This document shows, piece after piece, positions 15,965-24,486 of a stretch of DNA of 36,482 nt. This DNA is from Oscillospiraceae bacterium (GTDB lineage: Bacteria; Bacillota; Clostridia; Oscillospirales; Oscillospiraceae). Under the pieces are notes generated by a model. That model was not told the origin of the DNA. It saw nothing but the letters and a program-made list of their open reading frames with translations, and did no database searches. The stretch lies in assembly GCA_017440065.1 (NCBI GenBank), contig JAFSHY010000125.1, positions 1 through 36,482 of the forward strand, read 5' to 3'. The number at the start of each line of letters is the position of its first letter. The first letter of the stretch is position 1. A program made the translations under genes and the position numbers.

Positions 15965-17475
15965 TTAGAGTTTCAAAATACTGCGGATACCGAAGGCAAC
16001 GCCGTTTTCTTCATTGGAACGTGTAACAAAATCTGCCGCTTCTTTGCAGCGTTCTGTGGCATTTGCAACGGCGATTCCCGTACCGACGAAGCGCAGCATT
16101 TCCGCATCGTTATCTCCGTCACCAAAGGCAGCCACCGCCTTCGGAGAGATACTCAGCATCTGAAGCAGCCAGGATAGTCCGGCGTGCTTGCCGCAATCCC
16201 GGTGCGAGATCTCCAGCAGGTATTCAATGGATGTTGTGGTATAGATGTCCGATACCTTGGCGCGAAGGATCTTTTCGATCCGATCCCGTTCTTCCATGCT
16301 TCCCGCCGCAAGATCCAGCGCATCGATTTCCTGCCGGTGGTCGAAAATAAAGGAGCGGATATCGGCAACAGGCTCTCTTGTGGAACGGATATAAGGAATG
16401 CTGGAAGGCGGCGCTCCAAACCGCACAGGATCGCGCACAAACGCTTCGGATGCATATCCTTTTCCGTCCACAAAGACTTCGTAGGCCACATTCAGCGATT
16501 CGGTCAGGGTAAGGATCTCAGCCACCGACTCTGCGGTCATCACCGTCCTGTGAATACAGCGTTCGGAAGGAACATGATACACGGCAGCGCCGTTGGAGGT
16601 TATGGCATATTCGATCCCGGGCAGTTCCGTAATTTTCTGAGGCAGAGAAGCGAATGCCCGTCCGCTGGCTACCACAACATGGATCCCTTTCTCGATGGCG
16701 CTTTGAATTGCTTCCAGTGTTTCTTCGGAGATCCCTTTGGAGGGCGAAAGTGTGGTTCTGTCCAGATCCAGTGCGATACAGCGGATGTGGGACTCATATT
16801 CTTCCTTCAAAAACGCTTCAGCCGCATGATTGAAGGCTTCCGGATTCCGATTCGCGACAAAATGATCTCCTTCGATCCGTACCCACTTACCCAGCGGCAC
16901 AGAATCTGCGATCATCGCAGAGTGATCATCACGGATCATATCCTTCGTACCTGTGATCACCAGCACAGGCATGCAAAGCGACGAAAGGCGGGACGGATCG
17001 ATATGAGGCTCCTTTACCATCAGCCCAAGCAGTTCCGCGTTCTTCCTCGCGCCGTCACTGCGCTTTGCGAACAGGGACGCGATCCGATACCCCAAAACAA
17101 TAGGAAGCTGCACAGAAGCTTTGACACCGGAAGGATCAAGATTCGCGCCGTTCAGAATCAGCCGATTCACCCGTTCGGGATGCCGCAGCGCAAAGGTCAG
17201 CGCGATGTTGCCGCCATCGGAGAATCCGAGAATATGCGCCGAATCCAGAGAAAGCTCATTCATCAGCTGAAGCAGATCATCCGCAAAACGGGAAATGGAA
17301 AATTCCCCTTCACCGCGCGGTGACTTTCCGTGACCTCGGGTATCCACCGCGATCACGCGGTAGGAGCGGGAAAAATGCGCGATCTGATGACAGAAATAGG
17401 AACTGTCTTCTCCATTGCCGTGCAGCAGGATCAGTGGTTCGCCGCATCCTTGATCGGTATAATAAAGAGGAATCA
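15965..17475 (-). CDS. Bifunctional-looking fusion: N-terminal alpha/beta-hydrolase fold plus C-terminal Cof-type HAD-IIB phosphatase
   Basis: 503 aa from the ATG at 17475 (GGAGGG RBS); the track ORF extends upstream into the tRNA terminator. The N-terminal half has LILLHGNG..GFSDGG (nucleophile elbow G-x-S-x-G). The C-terminal half has IALDLDRTTL, ..SGR.., FGDGDNDAEML and GIAVANA, the classic Cof/HAD motifs I-IV. Confidence 0.8.
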
Positions 17476-17490
17476 TATGCTCCCTCCAAT

Positions 17491-17529
17491 CAATAAAAAT
17501 AGCTCCCGGAGCGCAATGCATCCGGGAGC
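17491..17529 (-). terminator. Intrinsic terminator immediately 3' of tRNA-Thr
   Basis: Minus-strand AGCTCCCGGA-tgcattgcgc-TCCGGGAGCT followed by ATTTTTATT. The hydrolase RBS and ATG follow directly. Confidence 0.55.
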
Positions 17530-17531
17530 TT

Positions 17532-17607
17532 TGGAGCTGGTAATGTGACTCGAACACACGACCTGCTGATTACGAATCAGCTGCTCTACCGACTGAGCTA
17601 TACCAGC
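17532..17607 (-). tRNA. tRNA-Thr (anticodon CGU)
   Basis: Reverse complement GCTGGTATAGCTCAGTCGGTAGAGCAGCTGATTCGTAATCAGCAGGTCGTGTGTTCGAGTCACATTACCAGCTCCA folds as a cloverleaf: 7-bp acceptor stem, D arm GCTC/GAGC, anticodon stem GCTGA/TCAGC with loop TTCGTAA, T arm GTGTG-TTCGAGT-CACAT, and an encoded CCA. Confidence 0.85.
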
Positions 17608-17619
17608 ATATGACCGAAA

Positions 17620-17990
17620 CAACAAGGCATTCCGTTTCTGTCCGAACTATAATAGCACAAAAGGAACCGTTCGTCAACCCAAAAACGATTCATCGCGCAA
17701 TGATTCCGAACAAAAGCCAATCGGCTTATCCTTTGACATTCCATGATATTCCAAACAATTATTAATAGAATTAATTAACAATTCGTGATCAAATTTGCTT
17801 TCACAGGGTAAGCTATTCACATTTTGCACAGACTTTTCCACAGAGATTCTTAGGGATTCCTCATAATTCACGATGAATTTCATATATTTTTAACATTTAT
17901 CGATTCATCGGACATAACCGATGCGCATATTTTGATTTACATAATATTATCCATTCTACAGGTTTTTAAACATCGGAGCGGAAAAAACAG
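17620..17990. other. AT-rich (~35% GC) non-coding patch inside the accessory segment
   Basis: Composition is sharply lower than the ~58-60% GC background. It holds only a 69-aa ORF with no RBS and contains the tRNA promoter. Confidence 0.6.
17649..17677 (-). promoter_or_regulatory. Near-consensus sigma-A promoter for tRNA-Thr (TTGACG-17-TATTAT, with TG at -15)
   Basis: On the minus strand: TTGACG aacggttccttttgtgc TATTAT, about 35 nt upstream of the mature tRNA 5' end. Confidence 0.5.
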
Positions 17991-17996
17991 GGTGCA

Positions 17997-18206
17997 AAAG
18001 CGAGTTCCGAATCAGAAAACATAGATCAGGGGTCATAGACAGATGTCCATGACCCCTGACTGATATCAGCCATTCGTCTGTGATTTTTTCGACGATTCAA
18101 GGCGTTTTTTTGCAGCACTACTTTGTGTCATGCAAGAAAAAACAACACAGAAGCGGTGGAAAAGGCACGGCGAAGGGGCTATGTTTTCTTATGATGAACG
18201 AGCAAA
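17997..18206. repeat. Right copy of the ~211-bp inverted repeat (IR-R); near-palindrome 18027-18058 plus CTGATATCAG at 18060-18069
   Basis: See IR-L. In this orientation the hairpin plus T-rich tract read as a terminator for minus-strand tsaD (stop at 18220). Confidence 0.85.
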
Positions 18207-18219
18207 TGCACCCTGTTTT

Positions 18220-19236
18220 TTATAACGTTTCGCCCAAAATACTCTTCGTTGCATAGGCATTCAGACTTTGATCACCGATGTTACCGGCGAGATATTCATA
18301 ATATGCCTGACTGCCGATCATGGCGCCGTTATCACCGCAGAGCGACAGCGGAGGAACAAACAGTTCCGCGCCAGCAGCCTTGACTTCCCGTTCGAAATCG
18401 GCACGGATGCGGGAATTGGCGGCAACACCGCCTGCAATGGCCAATTTTTGATAGCCGCATTCCCGAAGCGCACGCATGGTTCTGGGAACCAGCATATCGC
18501 TGACGGCCTTGGTAAAGGAAGCGCAAAGGGACGGAACATCCAGTTCCTCATCCCGCTGGCGGCAATTATGGATCAGATTCAATGTAGCGGTCTTCAAACC
18601 GGAAAAGGACATATCCAGCGGATTACCGGAAAGCTTCGGCTGCGGCATCGGATACTTGGTACCGTCTCCCAGCTGCGCCGTGCGATCCAGCGCAGCACCG
18701 CCGGGATACGGCATACCAAGAACACGGCCGACTTTATCAAAGCATTCGCCCGCAGCGTCATCCCTGGTCGAACCGAGGATCTCCAAATCCGTATAATCCT
18801 TCACATCCACGATCATCGTATGTCCGCCGGATACAACAAGGCAAAGGAAGGGAGGCTTCAATTCGGGATAAGCCAAATAATTTGCGGCAATATGCCCCTT
18901 CAGATGATGCACGGGAATGATCGGCACACCGAGAGAGAGGGCTGCAGCCTTTGCGAAGTTGACGCCTACCAGCACCGCGCCGATAAGTCCGGGCGCATAG
19001 GTGACCGCGACGGCATCGATCTCCTCGCGGCTCATATCCGCTTTTTCCAGCGCTTCATCCGCCAGCGCGTAAATGGCCTCAATATGCTTACGGGATGCAA
19101 TTTCCGGTACAACACCGCCGTACTCCCGATGCAGCGCCACCTGAGATGCAATGCAATCCGTCAGCACTTCCCTGCCGTCCCGCACGATGGCTACGGCAGT
19201 CTCATCACAGGAGGATTCAACAGCTAATATATTCAT
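18220..19236 (-). CDS. tsaD: tRNA N6-adenosine threonylcarbamoyltransferase
   Basis: MNILAVESSCDETAVAIV.., HIEAI.., GGVAAN..: the Kae1/TsaD/Gcp family signature throughout. 338 aa. Confidence 0.95.
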   Translation of the reverse strand: MNILAVESSCDETAVAIVRDGREVLTDCIASQVALHREYGGVVPEIASRKHIEAIYALADEALEKADMSREEIDAVAVTYAPGLIGAVLVGVNFAKAAALSLGVPIIPVHHLKGHIAANYLAYPELKPPFLCLVVSGGHTMIVDVKDYTDLEILGSTRDDAAGECFDKVGRVLGMPYPGGAALDRTAQLGDGTKYPMPQPKLSGNPLDMSFSGLKTATLNLIHNCRQRDEELDVPSLCASFTKAVSDMLVPRTMRALRECGYQKLAIAGGVAANSRIRADFEREVKAAGAELFVPPLSLCGDNGAMIGSQAYYEYLAGNIGDQSLNAYATKSILGETL

Positions 19237-19676
19237 GGCAATAATTCCTTCCGTAGAATATCCGCATCCTCTGTGGGGCGGGAATAATAGCGGGGTCTTC
19301 GGCCGACCGAAACAAAGCCCATCGACCCGTAAAGCGATTTCGCAGGGTTATTGGAAGTGCGAACCTCCAGCGTAATACATTGGGAACCTTTCTGCCGAAG
19401 CGAATCGCAAAGGGCTTGCGTCAGCATCCGCCCGATGCCCTTCCTGCGGTGGTCGGGGTGTACGGCAAGATTCAGCATATCGCTCTCACCCAGCACCGTC
19501 TGACTGCCGATATAGCCAAGCACACAGCCATCTTCTTCCGCCACCAGCCAAAGGCTCAGTTCATTGATCAGTTCTCCCCGAACAGAGGCTTCATCCCACG
19601 GAGCGGAAAACAACTGTTCTTCCAGCGCCGCTATGGCAGGCACATGGGAAATATCCATGGAAACGATCTTCATCAT
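19233..19676 (-). CDS. rimI: Ribosomal-protein-alanine N-acetyltransferase (GNAT)
   Basis: 147 aa GNAT fold (..LAVHPDHRRKGIGRML..). Overlaps the tsaD start by 4 nt, matching the classic rimI-tsaD linkage. Confidence 0.85.
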   Translation of the reverse strand: MMKIVSMDISHVPAIAALEEQLFSAPWDEASVRGELINELSLWLVAEEDGCVLGYIGSQTVLGESDMLNLAVHPDHRRKGIGRMLTQALCDSLRQKGSQCITLEVRTSNNPAKSLYGSMGFVSVGRRPRYYSRPTEDADILRKELLP

Positions 19677-22186
19677 TTGGCCTCATACCAGCTTTCTCCG
19701 CATTTGGCTTCCGCCAGCAGCGGGACGTTCAGGGCAGCAGCGGCTTCCATTTCCTTGCGGATGATCTCCATGACCTGTGCCTGCTCTTCTATCGGACATT
19801 CCACGATCAGTTCGTCATGCACCTGAAGAACCAGCCTCGCCTTCAGGCCCGCTGCGCGAAGCGCATCCGAAACACGGATCATGGCACGCTTGATAATATC
19901 CGCGGCAGAGCCCTGCACGGGGGTATTCAGCGCAATGCGTTCACCCATGGAACGGATATTAAAATTACTGCTTTTCAATTCGGGAAGATATCGCTTCCTG
20001 CCGTAGAGCGTGGTCACATAGCCGGTTTCACGGGCAAAGGAAACAATATCCTTCATATAGGTACTGACGCCGGAGAAACGGCGCAGATAATTGCTGATAT
20101 ACTCCTCGGCTTCCCAAACGGAAACACCGATATCCTCGGAAAGAGACCATTTGGAGATGCCGTACACGATGCCGAAATTGACTGCCTTCGCGTTTCTGCG
20201 CATAGTGGGCGTGACCTCGGAAACAGGCACGCCAAACACTTGCGATGCAGTGACTGTATGAAAATCTTCACCGGAGCGGAAGGCATCCTGCATAGCGGTA
20301 TCGTCGGCAATATGCGCCAGCACGCGCAGTTCGATCTGACTGTAGTCCGCGTCGACCAGCACGCAGCCTTCCTTCGGAACGAACATTTTGCGGATCTCGC
20401 TGCCCAGTTCCGTACGGACAGGAATATTCTGCAGATTGGGTTCCGTGGAGGAAAGTCGTCCTGTCGCGGTAACCATATTCTGAAAACTGGTGCGGATCCG
20501 TCCGTCGGGATCGATCACCTTCAGAAGGCCGTCGGCATAGGTGGACTTCAGCTTCGTCAGTTGGCGGAATTCCAGAATGTCTTCAATGATCGGATGCTGA
20601 CCCTTCAGCTTTTCCAGCACTTCCGCATTGGTGGAATATCCGGTCTTTGTCTTTTTCACAGGAGGCAGCTGCAGCTTTTCAAACAGGATCTCCGCCAGTT
20701 TCTTGGTGGAATTAATATTAAATTCTTCTTCCGCGGCGGCATAGATGGCAGCCTGGCAGCGGTCGATCCGTTCGGAAAGCATCTGACCGAAATGCTCCAA
20801 CTGATCCCGATCCACGAGGATACCCTCGTTTTCCATATCCGCAAGAACCGCGCACAGAGGAAGATCAATATCGTAATAGACGGAACGAAGACCTTCCGCC
20901 TCCATCCTCTGTTCCAGTTCCTTTGCCAGTTCGGGCATCACGGATACCATAGAGACCGCATCATCCGAAACGGTATGGGACAGATAATGGGATGCCAGCG
21001 CGGAAACAGAATAATCGGAAGCGGAGGGATTCAGAACATAACCTGCAAGAGAAATATCAAACGCGTTGACAGGGCGGTCAATCAACAGTTGATCTGCCCA
21101 TCTGCAGATCTGCTTCAGATCACAGACCGCCAGCTCTTCATTTTGCAGCACAGCAGCGAGATACTCCTTATGATCCGCACAGGATGCGGAGCAGGCACCA
21201 CGCACAGACGCTACCGCAAACGCAGAACCATCCGCAGAAAGAAGCAGCGCGGAAACCTCCGATGCATCGGGAAGCTCCGAAAGCGCATTCGCGGCAGCTT
21301 CTTCCACCTGTTCCGGCTCCGCTTCGCGCAGGCGGTACTTATCGATCAGCTTAATAAACTGCAGTTTTTCAAAAAGAGCCAGCAGCGCAGGCTTGTCATA
21401 GGGTTGGATCAGACAGTTTTCGGGATTAAAATCAATGGGAGCATCGCAGCGGATGGTAGCAAGCTCATAGGAAAGATAAGCCATTTCCCGATCCGCGATC
21501 AGCTTTTTGCGGACAGATTCCCGAATGGAATCGAGATTTTCATAGATCGCATCAAGGCTTCCGTACTGCTGCAGCAGATCACCGGCAGTTTTTTTGCCCA
21601 CACCTGTCACGCCGGGGATATTATCGGAAGAATCACCCATCAGCGCTTTGAGGTCAATGAGGCGAATGGGGTCAAAGCCGTATTCCTCACGGAACAGTTC
21701 CTCGGAATAAAGTGTCGCCGTGGTCTGACCCGGTTTGGTAATGATCAGCTTGACATGGACGCATGGATCGATCAGCTGCAAACTGTCACGATCACCGGTC
21801 ACAACGGTACATTCCCAGCCTTGCGCGCAGCAGCGTTTGCCGACCGTGCCCAGCAGATCATCCGCTTCCCAGCCTTCCAGCGACAGTACAGGAATGCGCA
21901 TGGCCTGCAGCACTTCCTTGATCAGCGGCATCTGAACCGCCAGTTCCTCCGGCATGGGATGACGGGTGGCCTTATAGCCGTCGTACTGAAGATGACGGAA
22001 CGTGGGGCCTTTCAGATCAAACGCAACACAGATGGCATCCGGTTCATCCTCATGGCGCATCTTCTCCATGATATTTAAAAAACCGAATATGGCGTTGGTA
22101 TAAAGTCCGTCACGGGTGGAAAGCAATTTAACGCCGTAAAACGCACGGTTCATGATACTGTTGCCATCCAAAATCATCAGTTTCAT
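19673..22186 (-). CDS. polA: DNA polymerase I
   Basis: 837 aa. N-terminal 5'-3' exonuclease (MKLMILDGNSIMNRAFYG..), and a C-terminal family-A polymerase with motifs ..DYSQIELR.., ..RRNAKAVNFGIVYG.. and ..QVHDELIVE... AAGGAGA RBS. Confidence 0.95.
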   Translation of the reverse strand: MKLMILDGNSIMNRAFYGVKLLSTRDGLYTNAIFGFLNIMEKMRHEDEPDAICVAFDLKGPTFRHLQYDGYKATRHPMPEELAVQMPLIKEVLQAMRIPVLSLEGWEADDLLGTVGKRCCAQGWECTVVTGDRDSLQLIDPCVHVKLIITKPGQTTATLYSEELFREEYGFDPIRLIDLKALMGDSSDNIPGVTGVGKKTAGDLLQQYGSLDAIYENLDSIRESVRKKLIADREMAYLSYELATIRCDAPIDFNPENCLIQPYDKPALLALFEKLQFIKLIDKYRLREAEPEQVEEAAANALSELPDASEVSALLLSADGSAFAVASVRGACSASCADHKEYLAAVLQNEELAVCDLKQICRWADQLLIDRPVNAFDISLAGYVLNPSASDYSVSALASHYLSHTVSDDAVSMVSVMPELAKELEQRMEAEGLRSVYYDIDLPLCAVLADMENEGILVDRDQLEHFGQMLSERIDRCQAAIYAAAEEEFNINSTKKLAEILFEKLQLPPVKKTKTGYSTNAEVLEKLKGQHPIIEDILEFRQLTKLKSTYADGLLKVIDPDGRIRTSFQNMVTATGRLSSTEPNLQNIPVRTELGSEIRKMFVPKEGCVLVDADYSQIELRVLAHIADDTAMQDAFRSGEDFHTVTASQVFGVPVSEVTPTMRRNAKAVNFGIVYGISKWSLSEDIGVSVWEAEEYISNYLRRFSGVSTYMKDIVSFARETGYVTTLYGRKRYLPELKSSNFNIRSMGERIALNTPVQGSAADIIKRAMIRVSDALRAAGLKARLVLQVHDELIVECPIEEQAQVMEIIRKEMEAAAALNVPLLAEAKCGESWYEAK

Positions 22187-22267
22187 CGCATGATCTCCTT
22201 TTGGGGGATTTCCCGCATTTGGCAGGGATAAGGATACAGAGGGCGGCCGCTAGGGCCGCCTGTTCTG

Positions 22268-23692
22268 TTAGATTCTCTTCCACTTCGTGCCCTGAGGCGT
22301 ATCGATGATCTCGATGCCCATGGCCTTCAGTTCGTCACGGATGCGGTCTGCTTCCGCGAAATTCTTTGCCTTCTTGGCAGCGGTACGGTCAGCGACAAGG
22401 CCGTCGATCACAGGATCACGCTCTTCGGCAGCCTCTGCCTTACGGGCTTCCTCGCGCACCTTTTCCGCGTTCTTGAGGAGGTCCAGAGAGAGGACATAGT
22501 CGAATTCATCCAGTGCCGCCAGCTTGGTGGCATCGTTGGTCTTGGCCTTCAGCACATCGTAGAGGGCAGTAATGCCAAGGGAGGTATTGAGGTCGCCGTC
22601 CAGACCCTTCTTGAAGCGTTCACGCAGGGACTGCATGACGGCTTCGTCCACGGCTTCGCCGGAATCGGTCTTCAGCGCGGCGATCTTATCAATCAGCTTG
22701 CCGTAGGCGATCACGGCATTATCCAGATTTTCCCAAGTGAAGACAAGATTCTTACGGTAATGGGACTGCAGGCAGAAGAAGCGGTAAACGACAGGATCGT
22801 AACCCTTTTTTTCCAGCAGAGATACGGTCAGGAATTCGCCCTTGGACTTGGACATCTTGCCGTCATTGGTATTGAGATGCATGGCATGCACCCAGTATTT
22901 GCACCAGGGATGACCCAGATAGCTTTCGGACTGGGCGATCTCATTGGTATGATGCGGGAAAGCATTGTCGATGCCGCCGCAATGGATATCCAGATCTTCG
23001 CCGAGATGCTTGAGAGAAATACCGGAGCATTCGATATGCCAGCCGGGATAGCCGACGCCCCAGGGAGAATCCCACTTCAGCGCCTGATCTTCAAACTTAG
23101 ACTTGGTGAACCAAAGAACAAAGTCATTCTTATTGCGCTTGTTGGTATCTTCCTCAACGCCTTCGCGAACACCGACAGCTAGGTCTTCTTCATTATGGTC
23201 ATTGAAAATATAATACTTTTCCAGCTTGGAGGAATCGAAATAGATGTTGCCGCCGGCCTGATAGGCATAGCCGGTATCCAGCAGCTTGGTGATGATGGTG
23301 ATATATTCGGGAATGCAGTTGGTGGCGGGCTCGACCACATCGGGACGCTTGATGTTCAGCTTGCGGCAATCCTCAAAGAAGGCGTCCGTATAGAACTTTG
23401 CGATATCCATGACGGTCTTATTTTCGCGCTTTGCGCCCTTGACCATCTTATCTTCGCCTTCATCGGCATCGGAGGTCAGATGACCGACGTCCGTGATGTT
23501 CATCACGCGCTTCACAGGGAAGCCGACATAACGCAAGTACTTTTCCAGCACATCTTCCATGATATAGGTTCTGAGATTGCCGATGTGGGCAAAATGATAA
23601 ACGGTGGGACCGCAGGTATACATCTTGACCAGTTCGGGATTATTGGGAACAAACAGTTCCTTCTTTCTCGTTGCAGAGTTATAAAGATACAT
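22268..23692 (-). CDS. cysS: Cysteine--tRNA ligase
   Basis: 474 aa. HIGN (HIGH-type) motif at the N-terminus, KMSKSKG motif, and zinc-binding Cys positions typical of CysRS. AAGGAGAG RBS. Confidence 0.95.
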   Translation of the reverse strand: MYLYNSATRKKELFVPNNPELVKMYTCGPTVYHFAHIGNLRTYIMEDVLEKYLRYVGFPVKRVMNITDVGHLTSDADEGEDKMVKGAKRENKTVMDIAKFYTDAFFEDCRKLNIKRPDVVEPATNCIPEYITIITKLLDTGYAYQAGGNIYFDSSKLEKYYIFNDHNEEDLAVGVREGVEEDTNKRNKNDFVLWFTKSKFEDQALKWDSPWGVGYPGWHIECSGISLKHLGEDLDIHCGGIDNAFPHHTNEIAQSESYLGHPWCKYWVHAMHLNTNDGKMSKSKGEFLTVSLLEKKGYDPVVYRFFCLQSHYRKNLVFTWENLDNAVIAYGKLIDKIAALKTDSGEAVDEAVMQSLRERFKKGLDGDLNTSLGITALYDVLKAKTNDATKLAALDEFDYVLSLDLLKNAEKVREEARKAEAAEERDPVIDGLVADRTAAKKAKNFAEADRIRDELKAMGIEIIDTPQGTKWKRI

Positions 23693-23924
23693 AAGCTTCT
23701 CTCCTTTTAAAGAAACCGCCCCCTGAATTCAATTCAGGAGGCGGGTAATTCACTCGCGGTTCCACTCCGGTTGGTTCTTTCGGCATACGCTGCCGCAGCG
23801 GGGTCTCCCCTTGCTCCCGGACGCACTTTCAAGCTACCCGACCGGACACGCTTTCAGCCTTTGACGCGTCCTCTCTGCGATCTTTCTGCAGCTTTACTCT
23901 TTCCGTTCAACGCAATATGAACTT
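23693..23924 (-). promoter_or_regulatory. T-box riboswitch leader (Cys-specific) upstream of cysS
   Basis: The minus-strand leader contains AGAGA in the stem I region, GAAAG-UGC-G (a UGC Cys codon in a specifier-loop-like context), the T-box sequence GGAGUGGAACCGCGAG, and a terminator CCCGCCUCCUGAAUU/GAAUUCAGGGGGCGG followed by UUUCUUU that overlaps the antiterminator. Confidence 0.75.
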
Positions 23925-23930
23925 GCAAAT

Positions 23931-23959
23931 ATACTATCAAAGTTCCGCGAACGTGTCAA
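23931..23959 (-). promoter_or_regulatory. Sigma-A promoter for the cysS T-box leader (TTGACA-17-TAGTAT)
   Basis: A perfect -35 hexamer, a 17-nt spacer and TAGTAT. The -35 overlaps the pgsA stop codon. Confidence 0.45.
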
Positions 23960-24483
23960 GAATTTCCCTTTACGGAGAATCCGAACACATCCCAGTTCTT
24001 CACGAAATACTCTACGCCGGATACAACGGTCGTCAGAACGATGACGGCAATGGCAATAAAATCCAGAATCTCAACAGAGAAGACCATCATGACACAGAGC
24101 GCAACCATAGTAGATACCGTCTTGATCTTTCCGGACCAGCCGGCAGCAATGACTCTGCCGCTTTCCACGGCCACCAGGCGAAGACCGGTCACGCTGAACT
24201 CACGGGTCAGAACGAGCATCAGCGCCCAACTGGGGAATCTTCCCCATTCGCAGAAGATCGCCATGCAGGAAATGACCAGCAGCTTATCCGCAAGGGGATC
24301 CATAAATTTACCGAAATCGGATACCTGATTGTACTTTCTTGCAATGTATCCATCCACAAAATCGGTAATGCTTGCCAGCACAAACACGGCAAAAGCAGCA
24401 AACTGCTGCCCCATCAGCATCAGGATCATATAGACAGGGATCATTGCCACGCGGACAATGGTGATCTTACTGGCAAGTGTCAT
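23956..24483 (-). CDS. pgsA: CDP-diacylglycerol--glycerol-3-phosphate 3-phosphatidyltransferase
   Basis: 175 aa membrane protein with the CDP-alcohol phosphatidyltransferase motif D-G-x2-A-R-x8-G-x3-D-x3-D (DGYIARKYNQVSDFGKFMDPLADK). Confidence 0.9.
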   Translation of the reverse strand: MTLASKITIVRVAMIPVYMILMLMGQQFAAFAVFVLASITDFVDGYIARKYNQVSDFGKFMDPLADKLLVISCMAIFCEWGRFPSWALMLVLTREFSVTGLRLVAVESGRVIAAGWSGKIKTVSTMVALCVMMVFSVEILDFIAIAVIVLTTVVSGVEYFVKNWDVFGFSVKGNS

Positions 24484-24486
24484 CCG

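Noticed and set aside
17674-17883. 69-aa minus-strand ORF in the AT-rich patch
   Set aside because: No Shine-Dalgarno sequence before its ATG. It overlaps the -35 of the tRNA-Thr promoter and has no recognisable motif. Cannot be excluded as a small protein, but there is no positive support.
2355-17996. Integrase, transposase or recombinase gene and att-like direct repeats that would define the segment as a classic mobile element
   Set aside because: None of the ORFs in or next to the segment has recombinase motifs, and no direct repeat of the tRNA-Thr 3' end was spotted by eye. Mobility therefore stays a hypothesis supported only by the inverted repeats, the tRNA and the AT-rich patch.
19817-22078. 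753-aa plus-strand ORF opposite polA (also 16184-17323, 18268-19227, 23917-25908, 26412-27566, 28353-29513, 29441-30841, 30802-32212 and 33449-34426 on plus)
   Set aside because: Each is the mirror of a confidently identified minus-strand housekeeping gene. They are high-GC antisense ORFs, not genes.
22228-22260. GC-rich hairpin (GGCGGCC-gctag-GGCCGCC) between cysS and polA
   Set aside because: Considered as a cysS terminator, but it lacks a U-tract on the minus strand and the polA RBS follows closely, so cysS-polA co-transcription is more likely.
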